DNA from: Bryobacterales bacterium
GTDB lineage: Bacteria > Acidobacteriota > Terriglobia > Bryobacterales > UBA6623
DNA length: 64,000 nucleotides
NCBI GenBank assembly: GCA_963422375.2
Contig: OY729428.2
Location: forward strand, 2,400,001-2,464,000
Reading direction: 5' to 3'
Part shown: in pieces, positions 1-8,353 of the stretch
Numbering within the stretch: position 1 is the stretch's first letter
Layout of the letters: every line of letters begins with the position of its first letter
Made by a program: the position numbers and the translations under genes
The notes under the pieces: model-generated
Databases searched by the model: none
What the model saw: the letters and a program-made list of their open reading frames with translations, nothing else
Told to the model about the DNA's origin: nothing

Positions 1-160
1 GATGAGCGTCCGTCATCTCGGCCGCTACCTCACGGAGTTCGCGGGACGGCGCAACGACCGCGACTGCGACAGGGCGGAACAACGGCGGAACGGATGCGGC
101 GCATGGCGCGGGGCTTGGTCGGCCGGACGCTGACCTGCCGGCAGCTGACCGGCAAGGCCG
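1..160 (+). pseudogene. 3' remnant of IS1595-family transposase, frameshifted
   Basis: Frame 2 gives MSVRHLGRYLTEFAGRRNDRD; frame 1 from 94 gives MRRMARGLVGRTLTCRQLT. Both resemble the IS1595 C-terminus (KHL.RY..EF.GR.N...L.Y..L). The frame changes at a short ggcggaac duplication. Confidence 0.65.
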
Positions 161-591
161 CGGTCGCGGCCCGAGCGGCGCCCGCCGCGCCGAGCGCGGC
201 AGCCCGCTGCGGGCGCGCTCTTCACGCTCGGTGCGCTGCACGCTCGGTACGAGGGTCGCACCGGATCCGGCATGCCCCGGCGCGACCCCGGTCCGGTCCG
301 GACCGTCCATGCAGGCCGTCGAGCGCCGGGGATCCGCTGTCTTCGGCCCTCGCAGGGCCTGCAAGCGGCTTGCAAGGCGTGCCCTGCCACCGCCAACCGG
401 GTTCCACCGGGGCAACCGGCGCATGCGAGGCGGCCTCTCTAGTCCCTTCCTCGTCCAATCCGCTGGCAGGCTCGATTCAGATACGATCCCACACCCCACC
501 CCTCTGTGCCCGCCGCGGCCGCACTCGCATGACCCCAGCTCGACACCCACCTCCCTGCTCACAGCAGTTCTAGTCGGACCATGGCGTTGTC

Positions 592-613
592 GGCACTCAG
601 ATATATAATTCCC
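592..613. mobile_element. Possible right terminal inverted repeat of the IS1595-like element
   Basis: GGCACTCAGATATATAATTCCC is an AT-rich island downstream of the transposase remnant and resembles IS1595-type ends from recall. The partner end would lie outside the window. Confidence 0.35.
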
Positions 614-1250
614 CTTGCGAATGCCTCGCGCGCACGGGCTGCAAGTTCGAGCGCGATTCCGGGCGCAGCAAGGCCGGCCTCCTGCCAGCCTCCAACGTGC
701 TAGCCCTCGCGGCGTGCATGGCGTGCCGGGCCCTGCCCTCGAGGTGTAGCGGCGGCGCCGCCGCGCATCCATCACTCCCCGGGATCAGTTCCGGGAAGTG
801 CAGGCCGAGCCGCGCCAGTACCGCTTCCCGGACCCGCTCGCCCCGTTGGGACGCCACGGGACGACGCGCCCACACGCGCCCGAATGAACCGGTGCCTTCA
901 CTGGCGGACGGCTGTTCTGCTCCGGCAGCCGCCTGCCGCCGAAGTGAGTCCGCCAGGCCACGGGGCCATGCTCCGTGCCGGTCGCAAGTTCCACGGGCCC
1001 GAGGCGAGACCGGGGCAGGCTCTCCCCAGCGGCGGTGTCAGCCCTCCTGCGGGCTCCACGGCCACGGCCCGAACACCGCGAAGGCCCCCTCTCAAGCACG
1101 AGATGGTCCATAATGAGAGTCACTGGCCATGGTGCGAACGGAAGGTCGGGCAACCGGCTAGGTCCGGCGCGGCGCAGGCGATGGGACTCTATCCTTGCGA
1201 CCCCCCGCAGCTTGTCAATCTGCCGGACATGTAGGGAAGGGAGAGACAGA

Positions 1251-1640
1251 ATGACATTTCTAGGATGGATTCTCGCGTCGCTCGCGCTGCTGCTAGCACC
1301 TGGCCAAGCCGAGGAGAAGCCGGACGCGCCACCCTACGCAACCGGCGAGGCCAAGCACTACGACCAGTACGGAGCCCGAATCGGCCAGTCCAAAGAGTCG
1401 GGTTCGACGACCCGTCACTACGACCAATACGGCAATCGGACCGGGCGGTCTACCAAGAGCGGCTCCACGACTCGGCACTACGACAGGTACGGCTCGAGCG
1501 TCGGTAAGTCCCGCACGTCGGGCGACACGAAATACCATTACGACCGGTACGGTCGCAGGACCGGCAAGTCGCGAACCTCCGGAAACACGACGTACCACTA
1601 CGACAATTACGGGCGCAGGATCGGAAAATCGCGGAAATAG
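1251..1640 (+). CDS. Secreted protein with ~5 tandem 20-aa repeats
   Basis: Purine-rich RBS before ATG 1251; signal peptide MTFLGWILASLALLLAPGQA; repeats SGSTTRHYDQYGNRTGRSTK. Confidence 0.8.
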   Translation: MTFLGWILASLALLLAPGQAEEKPDAPPYATGEAKHYDQYGARIGQSKESGSTTRHYDQYGNRTGRSTKSGSTTRHYDRYGSSVGKSRTSGDTKYHYDRYGRRTGKSRTSGNTTYHYDNYGRRIGKSRK

Positions 1641-1766
1641 AACGCGAGGCGACCTGTCGTTGAAGACGGCTGTGCGGGCCGGTGAGCCTGCGAGTCTTGC
1701 GCACGCCACCATCGCGGCCAACCTGCCGTCGGCGTCTTCAGAGCGGGCTGGCAGGTAAGGTCGCGA

Positions 1767-3050
1767 CTATCGGTAGAAAAAGTCCACGAGGAACATCGGG
1801 ACTGCTGGTACGTAGGTCACCACCCCCAGCACGAGCAGCAGCACGCTCACGAAAACGGCGTTCGCCCGGCTTACATCCCAGATCTCGGCCTTCGCGATCG
1901 AGCAGGCGGTCAACAGCACGCTCGCCACGGGAGGCGTCTGCTGGCCGATGCCTAGGTTCAGGGTCACGACGAGCCCGAAATGCACCGGATCAATGCCGGT
2001 CTGCTGCACCAATGGCATCACGATAGGGACGACGAGGATGATCGCCGCCGCGGAGTGCAGGAACAGGCCGACCACGAGGAAGAACACGTTCAACAACGCG
2101 AGGATCACCCACCTGCTGTCGGTGAATGCGAGGAGCTGCTCCGCGAACTGCTGCGGCACCTGCATCGATGTCAGGTACTCCCCGAGCAGGGCCGAGGTGG
2201 AAACAAGCAGCATGACGACAGCCGTCTGGATGCCGCCGTCAACGGTCGCCTTCCGCAGCAAGCTCCAATCCAGTTCCCGGTAGACCACGCCTCCAATGAC
2301 AGCCGCGGCAAGCACCGCGAGACCCGCGCCTTCCGTGGCCGTGACCCAGCCGGAGAAGATCCCGCCGAGGATGATGACGGGCAGCAGAAGCGCCCAGACG
2401 GCCTCGCGAAACGCGGTCTTGACGCGCGCCCAGCGGAAGGCCGCGTCCGCGGGAAACCCGCGCCGAACCGCCACGCGGTAAGCCGCGCCCATCAGGAGCA
2501 GCCCCCCGAGCAGGCCGGGCACGATTCCCGCCACGAACAGCTCCACCACCGAGGCTCCTGCCATCACGGCATAGAGGATCATCGGTATGGACGGCGGGAT
2601 GATCACGGCTAGGGTCGACGCCGACGAGGTCACGGCCGCCGCGAATTCCTTGGTGTAGCCGGCCCTCTTCATGGAAGGAATCAGCACCGACCCGAGCGCG
2701 GCCACGTCAGCTACCGCCGAACCCGAGATTTCCGCGAAGAACAGCGAAGTCCCGACCGTCACCATCGACAGGCCGCCCCGCACGAAACCGATGAGCGAGG
2801 ATGTCAGGGCGATTAGCCGTCGAGAGATGCCGCTGGCGTTCATGATCGCCCCGGCGAGGATGAACAGCGGCACGGCGATCAGCGAGAACTTGACCGCTCC
2901 GTCGAAGAGTGTCAGCGGGACGTTGGGCAGATCCCGCAGGCCGGTCTCGAGAGCCATCGCGGCCACGGACGCCAAGCCGAGTGCGACGGCCACCGGCACG
3001 TTCAGAAGGACCAGGGCCGCCAGCCCGAGCAGGACCAAGACGAGGCTCAC
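1767..3050 (-). CDS. dctM: TRAP transporter large permease
   Basis: 427-aa polytopic protein with AVPLFILAG, ISGSAVAD, IIPPSIPMILY and TPPV motifs. Confidence 0.95.
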   Translation of the reverse strand: MSLVLVLLGLAALVLLNVPVAVALGLASVAAMALETGLRDLPNVPLTLFDGAVKFSLIAVPLFILAGAIMNASGISRRLIALTSSLIGFVRGGLSMVTVGTSLFFAEISGSAVADVAALGSVLIPSMKRAGYTKEFAAAVTSSASTLAVIIPPSIPMILYAVMAGASVVELFVAGIVPGLLGGLLLMGAAYRVAVRRGFPADAAFRWARVKTAFREAVWALLLPVIILGGIFSGWVTATEGAGLAVLAAAVIGGVVYRELDWSLLRKATVDGGIQTAVVMLLVSTSALLGEYLTSMQVPQQFAEQLLAFTDSRWVILALLNVFFLVVGLFLHSAAAIILVVPIVMPLVQQTGIDPVHFGLVVTLNLGIGQQTPPVASVLLTACSIAKAEIWDVSRANAVFVSVLLLVLGVVTYVPAVPMFLVDFFYR

Positions 3051-3598
3051 GCAGGATCCCCCCGCTTCCAGTCGTCAACCGCGGCGACCAGCTCGGCGGC
3101 GATGAACAGCGCCGCTCCGACCGGTATCGCGGAGTAGACGATCCCCGCCGGCAGCCAGGGCAAGCTGACCAAGTACACCCCGCCGAGAACGGACAGCAGC
3201 TTGATGCCCATCCAAGCCGTCAGCGCAAAGAACCCGACGATGGCGGCTTCCCTCGACAACGCCAGCACGAGCCGCAGGCGGCGAGGAGCCCGCTGGACCA
3301 GGTTCGGCAGGCCTAGATGGGCGCGGCGCAGCGCCGCCAGCGCCGCGCCGTAGTACGTGAGCCATGCCAGCAGGATCGCGGCGACCTCGTCGTACCAGAC
3401 CAAGGAGAATCCGGCCTTGCGGCTCCCCACGCCGACAACAACCAGGATGGCGAGCGCCGCCGTGATGCCCACCACGGCGGCCTCTAGGAAGCGCCCAAGC
3501 GTCGCTCGGAGTCGGCCCGTCAACGATCGGCCCGCATTCCTGCTAGGGCGCGGCCAGGGCGAGGGACCGCTCGACCAGTTCCCCGCCCCCCGGGACAT
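3047..3598 (-). CDS. dctQ: TRAP transporter small permease
   Basis: 4 TM segments, WYDEVA..LLAWLTYYGAA..H motif, lies between dctP and dctM. Start uncertain. Confidence 0.9.
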   Translation of the reverse strand: MSRGAGNWSSGPSPWPRPSRNAGRSLTGRLRATLGRFLEAAVVGITAALAILVVVGVGSRKAGFSLVWYDEVAAILLAWLTYYGAALAALRRAHLGLPNLVQRAPRRLRLVLALSREAAIVGFFALTAWMGIKLLSVLGGVYLVSLPWLPAGIVYSAIPVGAALFIAAELVAAVDDWKRGDPA

Positions 3599-4526
3599 CC
3601 GAGGAGAACTGGTCGAAAATCGGCCGACCGGCAGCGAGAAAGCTCTCGCGGTCGCATTCGTTGACCTCGATGCCCTGGCTGCGCAGGTCGGCTAGCAGGC
3701 GCTGGTCGAGCGCCTCGGCCTCCGCGTACACGAAGTCCTGCAATTCCCGAGCCGTGCCGCTCAGAACGGTCCGAATCTCAGGCGGGAGCGTCCGCCAGCG
3801 ATCCCGGCCGGCCAGCAGGTAGGCCGGCGTGTACACGTGCCCGGTCAGGGTCAGGTACCGCTGAACCTCATGAAACTTCTGGCTGTGGATCTGGCTGAGT
3901 GGGTTCTCCTGGCCGTCGATCACCCCGGTTTGGAGGGCCATGAACGTCTCGGCCAGCGACATCGGCGTGGGATTGGCCCCGAGCGTCTGGAAGAGCCGCA
4001 CGCGCCAGCGACCACGGGGGGTTCGCAGCTTGACCCCCTTCAGGTCGCCGGGGACCTGGATCGGCCGGCGGCTGTTCGTGATGTGACGAAAGCCGTTCTC
4101 CCACACGGCCAGCAGCTCGAAGCCTCGGTCCGCTGCAGCCGGGGCGAGGCGCGGCCAGACCACTTCGCGCTCGATGCGCCCCATGTGCTGGCGGTCCCGG
4201 ACGAGGTAGGGCATTTCGAAGAGACCGAACAGATCGACTGCCGACGACATGATCGTCGACGGCAGGGAGAAGTCGACTGTCCCGAGCTTCAGCTTGACGA
4301 GTAGCGTCTCGTCGTCGCCTAGCTGGCTCGACCCGAAGACCGTGACCCGTGCCTCGTCCCCGAGGCGCTCGTTCGCCCTTCGCGCGAATTCCTCCGCTGA
4401 GAGGGCCGTCAGGGAGCCGGGCGAAGCCACGTGGGCCAGCCGCAGGTCCAGCGGACCGCCCCGCTCGCCGCAACCGGCTGCGACGAGAAGGGCGAGACCG
4501 GCCCCACGGCGGAGACCGCCTACCAC
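3543..4526 (-). CDS. dctP: TRAP substrate-binding protein (lipoprotein)
   Basis: Lipobox-like AAGC; ENGFRH, DLKGVKLR, ALQTGVIDGQENP motifs. Confidence 0.95.
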   Translation of the reverse strand: MVGGLRRGAGLALLVAAGCGERGGPLDLRLAHVASPGSLTALSAEEFARRANERLGDEARVTVFGSSQLGDDETLLVKLKLGTVDFSLPSTIMSSAVDLFGLFEMPYLVRDRQHMGRIEREVVWPRLAPAAADRGFELLAVWENGFRHITNSRRPIQVPGDLKGVKLRTPRGRWRVRLFQTLGANPTPMSLAETFMALQTGVIDGQENPLSQIHSQKFHEVQRYLTLTGHVYTPAYLLAGRDRWRTLPPEIRTVLSGTARELQDFVYAEAEALDQRLLADLRSQGIEVNECDRESFLAAGRPIFDQFSSDVPGGGELVERSLALAAP

Positions 4527-5470
4527 GGCATCTTGCGTCCGGTGTGTTCGCGCCCCTTGGCCATGGCTGCCTCGTTAGCGCCCGCTCCGATGCGGACGCC
4601 CTCGTCGAACATGTCGGTCACGTCATCCGGCCGCACTGTGTTGAGGAACGAGATCTTGTTCGCCTTGCAGGCGTTCAGCACCTTGGAGCGAGCTTCCCTC
4701 ATCTTCGGGTGGAGCGAGCGATTCGGTCCGTGACCGTCCGGCAGGCCCAAGGACAGGGCCATGTCGCCGGGGCCCCACTCGGCGAACCCGACACCGGGCA
4801 CCGCGGCAACCTCCTCGGCGTTCGCCAAGGCGTACTTGTCCTCGATCTTCAGGCCGAGCAGGAACTCGCCTTCGGGGTTGAGCGGCCACGGATCCGCCTT
4901 GCGCTGGTACTCGTGCCGCGACACGCCCCAGATCTCGGCCGGGAACCCCTGGCTGCCGTTGCCGAGCAAGCCCTCCCCGAGCTCGGGGACGACTGGCTTG
5001 GCGTTGGGATAGCGAGCGGCCCGCACCATCCACTTCACCGCCTCGGGATCGCGGGCGTGGCACAGCAGGATGCCGTGGATTCCGCACAGCAGAGCCTGCT
5101 GGACCACCCAGAAGTTCGCGCGCATGTGCATCTCGTCCACGCCTAGGACGGGGAGCGTGGCGATGACCGCGGGCGTGCGGTGGCCGCTGCGGGTCGGGCC
5201 GCCGTCCACCAGACCCTGCATGAAGGCGCGCAGCGCGCTGAAGTCGAGTGCGCCGTGCTCCATTTCGTAGTTGATGTAGTCGTAGGGCGTGCCGGCGGAG
5301 CGCACTCCCTCCTCGTACCCCCCACGTCCGCCCGTGTAATAGATCATCTGGTCGTCCTCGAGCAGCTCGATCGCACGGTTGATCCGCCGCGACTTGTAGC
5401 TCAAAGTGTTCGCCGCCGAGGCCGCTCCGGCAGCGAGAAGGGGCGAAGCGAGGAATTGCTTCCGTGTCAT
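4520..5470 (-). CDS. HpcH/HpaI aldolase/citrate lyase family protein
   Basis: Likely start MTRKQFLASP (ATG 5470, Tat-like leader); EMEHG, KIED, EWGPGDM motifs. Confidence 0.85.
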   Translation of the reverse strand: MTRKQFLASPLLAAGAASAANTLSYKSRRINRAIELLEDDQMIYYTGGRGGYEEGVRSAGTPYDYINYEMEHGALDFSALRAFMQGLVDGGPTRSGHRTPAVIATLPVLGVDEMHMRANFWVVQQALLCGIHGILLCHARDPEAVKWMVRAARYPNAKPVVPELGEGLLGNGSQGFPAEIWGVSRHEYQRKADPWPLNPEGEFLLGLKIEDKYALANAEEVAAVPGVGFAEWGPGDMALSLGLPDGHGPNRSLHPKMREARSKVLNACKANKISFLNTVRPDDVTDMFDEGVRIGAGANEAAMAKGREHTGRKMPW

Positions 5471-5601
5471 AGCGACAAGATACCGCCCGGCGACGTGTCG
5501 GGTCAACAGCTGCCGGTACGTCGGGGCCCCGGGCGCGGAGGGCCCGGCGACTCCTTCCGCGGGCCGACACCTGCCGGGAGCGGCCCGCGATGCAGGAAGA
5601 A

Positions 5602-5651
5602 TGGTCGGGGCGCCGAGATTTGAACTCGGGACCTCTTGCTCCCGAAGCAAG
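5602..5651 (-). tRNA. 3' fragment of tRNA-Pro(CGG); prophage att core
   Basis: Minus strand reads CTTGC-TTCGGGA-GCAAG anticodon arm, T-arm GTTCAAATC, acceptor 3' strand and CCA. The D-arm and 5' half are absent. Lies 34 bp from the integrase stop. Confidence 0.9.
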
Positions 5652-5684
5652 AGGACTTTGGTCGCATTACTTGCCTGCGGCGTG

Positions 5685-6827
5685 CTACGGAGACTGTACC
5701 ACACTCGGGCAGAGCTTGGCCGCAATTCGATCCACGGCATCCCTGCGGTCGTCCAGCCGGACGTGCAGGTAGCGGGCGTTGATGCCGGTCGCCTTGTGCC
5801 CGAGCTGCGCCATCCTCTGGGCCTCGGACACGCCTTCGTCGAACAGCCACGTGTTGTGGGTATGACGGAAGGCGTGCCAGCTAACGGCAGGCACGCCGGC
5901 GAAGGCTGCCGCGGGCTTGAGATGCCGGGCGGCAAGAGTGCATCCGTCGAGCGGGTTCCCGGTGCGCGCTGCGAAAGCGAAGCGGTCCTTGCCGCGGTCG
6001 CCGCCGGAACGCCGCAGCAGGATCGCGGCCATCGGGTCCGACAGGGGGATTACCCGCTCGCTCGCCGCGCTCTTGAGCGGGCCCAGCTTGCCTCGGTACC
6101 ACTGCTGGCGAATCGCGACGGATCGCGGCGGCAGCCGCACGGCCCCGGCGGAACGCGGACCCCGGCCGACGTTGACCCAGAGCCACTTGAGACCGAGGAT
6201 CTCGGAGATCCGGCATCCCGAGAGCAGGGCGAACAAGGCCACCTCGCGGGCGTCTTCCGACGCGAGGGCGTCGATCAGGGCGCGGGCCTCGTCGTAGGCC
6301 AGGGCGAACGTCTCCTTGGGCATCTTCCCCGCCACGCGCACGCCCTTGGCCGGATTGCGCCCGTCGAAGCGGTCCTCGTCGGCGGCAGCCTCGAAGACTC
6401 TGTGCAGCATCGCCCGGACGTGCCGCACGGTCTGGCCGGCGTAGCCCGACTCGGCCATGCCGTCGCAGACGCGCTGCACGTCGGCCTTGGTCACGTCGAT
6501 CAGGCGCTTGGCCGAGAGCCACTCGGGAACGTGGTTGCGGACGAGCGCGCGGTACCACTCGGGATGGCGGGTGCGATCCGCGTGCTGCGGATAGAACACG
6601 TCCTCGACGAACCCGCCGAGCGTGTCCCCGGACGGGGGCGCGGCGTCTTCGAGCTTGGTCAAGTACACCTCCGCGAAAATCTGCCGCGCCACTGCGCGCG
6701 GCACGGCGAACGGGCCGTCGGCCGGAGCGACGCTGACGCGAGGCGACCAGCGGAGGCCGACGGGGGACTTCCGCCGCCAGCGGGCCTTCCACATGCCGGC
6801 CGAGACGACCATCTCTCCGGCCTGCAT
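5685..6827 (-). CDS. int: Phage tyrosine integrase
   Basis: SGCRISE (R), LKS (K), HAFRH, LGH, ARY catalytic residues; adjacent to att. Confidence 0.95.
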   Translation of the reverse strand: MQAGEMVVSAGMWKARWRRKSPVGLRWSPRVSVAPADGPFAVPRAVARQIFAEVYLTKLEDAAPPSGDTLGGFVEDVFYPQHADRTRHPEWYRALVRNHVPEWLSAKRLIDVTKADVQRVCDGMAESGYAGQTVRHVRAMLHRVFEAAADEDRFDGRNPAKGVRVAGKMPKETFALAYDEARALIDALASEDAREVALFALLSGCRISEILGLKWLWVNVGRGPRSAGAVRLPPRSVAIRQQWYRGKLGPLKSAASERVIPLSDPMAAILLRRSGGDRGKDRFAFAARTGNPLDGCTLAARHLKPAAAFAGVPAVSWHAFRHTHNTWLFDEGVSEAQRMAQLGHKATGINARYLHVRLDDRRDAVDRIAAKLCPSVVQSP

Positions 6828-7174
6828 CAGACAGTATCCTCGCCTCCGCGCTCCAGCGTGACGCCGTAGCGCTGGCGGGCCACGACGCAGGACAGGGCCA
6901 CCACGGCCCGCTCCATCGTCTCGGCGTGTTCCCGGTACAGGGCGCGCGTGCCGTCCGCGGCGCTCGCGTCGCGCTCGAGGGCGTCGACGCGCTCCTGCAG
7001 GCGGTCGCGCTTGTCCTCGGCGGCCTCGGCCCGCTCGATCGCGCGGTCGCGCTTGTCCTCGGCGGCCTCGGCTCGCTCGCTCAGGGTCCTGACCGCCTCG
7101 CGCAGGTCCTTGATCCCGGAGTCCTTGTCGATCTCGCGTTCGATCTCGCGTTCGATTCCGTTGGGCATGGGCAT
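6827..7174 (-). CDS. Coiled-coil hypothetical protein
   Basis: Coupled to int start; internal duplication ERAEAAEDKRDR. Start uncertain (7168, 7174 or 7198). Confidence 0.7.
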   Translation of the reverse strand: MPMPNGIEREIEREIDKDSGIKDLREAVRTLSERAEAAEDKRDRAIERAEAAEDKRDRLQERVDALERDASAADGTRALYREHAETMERAVVALSCVVARQRYGVTLERGGEDTV

Positions 7175-7194
7175 CCTCGCATCTCCCTCCGCAT

Positions 7195-7362
7195 TCACGG
7201 CAGCATCCCGGCGATCCGGCGGATCGCCCCCTCCGCGAGCATGGCCGCGATGGCGATGGCCGCGAACAGCGCCGCCGCCCAGATCACGGCGAAGAAGGCC
7301 TCGGCGAACACGCGGGCCGATGCCAGCGCCTTGGCGAGCGTCTCAGGTAACTCAGGTAACAT
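7195..7362 (-). CDS. Small membrane protein (55 aa, not in ORF track)
   Basis: GGAGGGG RBS before ATG 7362; MLPELPETLAKALASARVFAEAFFAVIWAAALFAAIAIAAML is hydrophobic. Confidence 0.6.
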   Translation of the reverse strand: MLPELPETLAKALASARVFAEAFFAVIWAAALFAAIAIAAMLAEGAIRRIAGMLP

Positions 7363-7627
7363 CGTTCCCCTCCCTTGCCTCCCTGGCCGCGGCGGCCAGC
7401 ACGCGCTCGCGCGCCTCCTCGGCGGCCTCCTCCGCCCGGGCGCAGAGGTCGATCGTCCGCCGCAGCGAATCCAGGAAGCCCGCGGACGGCGGGCAGTGCC
7501 CCCTGAGCACCCGGTTCAGGTGCGACGGGTGGCAGCCGGCCAGCCGCGCCAGCCGCGCCTGGGTGACGCCCGAGCGCGCCAGTTCCGCCCGGATGCCGGC
7601 GATCTCGGAATTGCGGGCTGCCATCAC
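7352..7627 (-). CDS. Cro-like XRE HTH protein
   Basis: IRAELARSGVTQARLARLAGCHPSHLNRVLRG; divergent from the repressor. Confidence 0.85.
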   Translation of the reverse strand: MMAARNSEIAGIRAELARSGVTQARLARLAGCHPSHLNRVLRGHCPPSAGFLDSLRRTIDLCARAEEAAEEARERVLAAAAREAREGNDVT

Positions 7628-7632
7628 TGACT

Positions 7633-7661
7633 ACTATAGGCAAGTAACGGCGTCCTGTCAA
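7633..7661 (-). promoter_or_regulatory. sigma70 promoter for the Cro/int operon
   Basis: Minus strand TTGACA (7661-7656), 17-nt spacer, TATAGT (7638-7633). Confidence 0.75.
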
Positions 7662-7693
7662 GAGCTTTGTTGCTGCTATGCTGGATTGGCGCC

Positions 7694-8353
7694 ATGCTGC
7701 CCGTCGGCGAGAGGATTCGCGAGGCGCGTCTCGCCCGCAACGCGTCCCAGGCGAAGGTCGCCGCCGAGATCGGCGTCACGCGCCAGATGGTGACCGGGGT
7801 GGAGGGCGGCAACGCGGGCATCTCGGTCGAGGCGCTGGCCGGCGTGGCCCGCGCCCTCGACGTGTCGGCGGACTACCTGCTGGGGCTCACCGACGATCCC
7901 GCGCCCGCCGCGCGGCGGCGGCCGCCCTGCGGCGAGGAGACCGGCGTGACCGACGCCGTGCAGCCGCGCTCGCTGGAGGCCGCCGCCCGCCGGGGCCTCG
8001 GCGAGCCGGAACCGCCGGAGCCCCTGGCGCCCGTGCGCGTGCCGCTCGCCCGCGACTGGCTGGCCCGCCGCGATCTCGCCCTGGAGCGGTGCAGCCTGGC
8101 CCGCATGGACGGCCGCCGCATGGAGCCCGCCATCGAGGACGGCGCGTGGATGCTGGTCGATCACCGCCAGCGCGACCCGGCCCCCGGCGGGGTCTACCTG
8201 GCCCTGGCCGGCGACGGGGCGCTGGTGGGCCGCGCCGCCCTGTTCCGCGGGCGCTGGTTCCTGCGGCCCGACAGCCCCGGGTTCTCCGACAGCCCCCTCG
8301 GGGCCGGCTGCCGCCTCGCCGGGCGCGTCGTCGCCTTCTGGCGGGCCTGCTAG
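7694..8353 (+). CDS. CI-like repressor (XRE HTH + S24-like domain with degenerate catalytic residues)
   Basis: N-terminal GERIREAR..SQAKVA..IGV..LDVSADYLLGLTDDP; C-terminal MDGRRMEPAIEDGAWMLVD...GRVV. Confidence 0.85.
   Translation: MLPVGERIREARLARNASQAKVAAEIGVTRQMVTGVEGGNAGISVEALAGVARALDVSADYLLGLTDDPAPAARRRPPCGEETGVTDAVQPRSLEAAARRGLGEPEPPEPLAPVRVPLARDWLARRDLALERCSLARMDGRRMEPAIEDGAWMLVDHRQRDPAPGGVYLALAGDGALVGRAALFRGRWFLRPDSPGFSDSPLGAGCRLAGRVVAFWRAC

Noticed and set aside
160..1240. ORFs in the leftmost intergenic region
   Set aside because: No recognisable motifs or RBS; probably non-coding or decayed.
5602..5680. Complete tRNA-Pro gene
   Set aside because: The D-arm and 5' acceptor strand are missing; only the att fragment is present.
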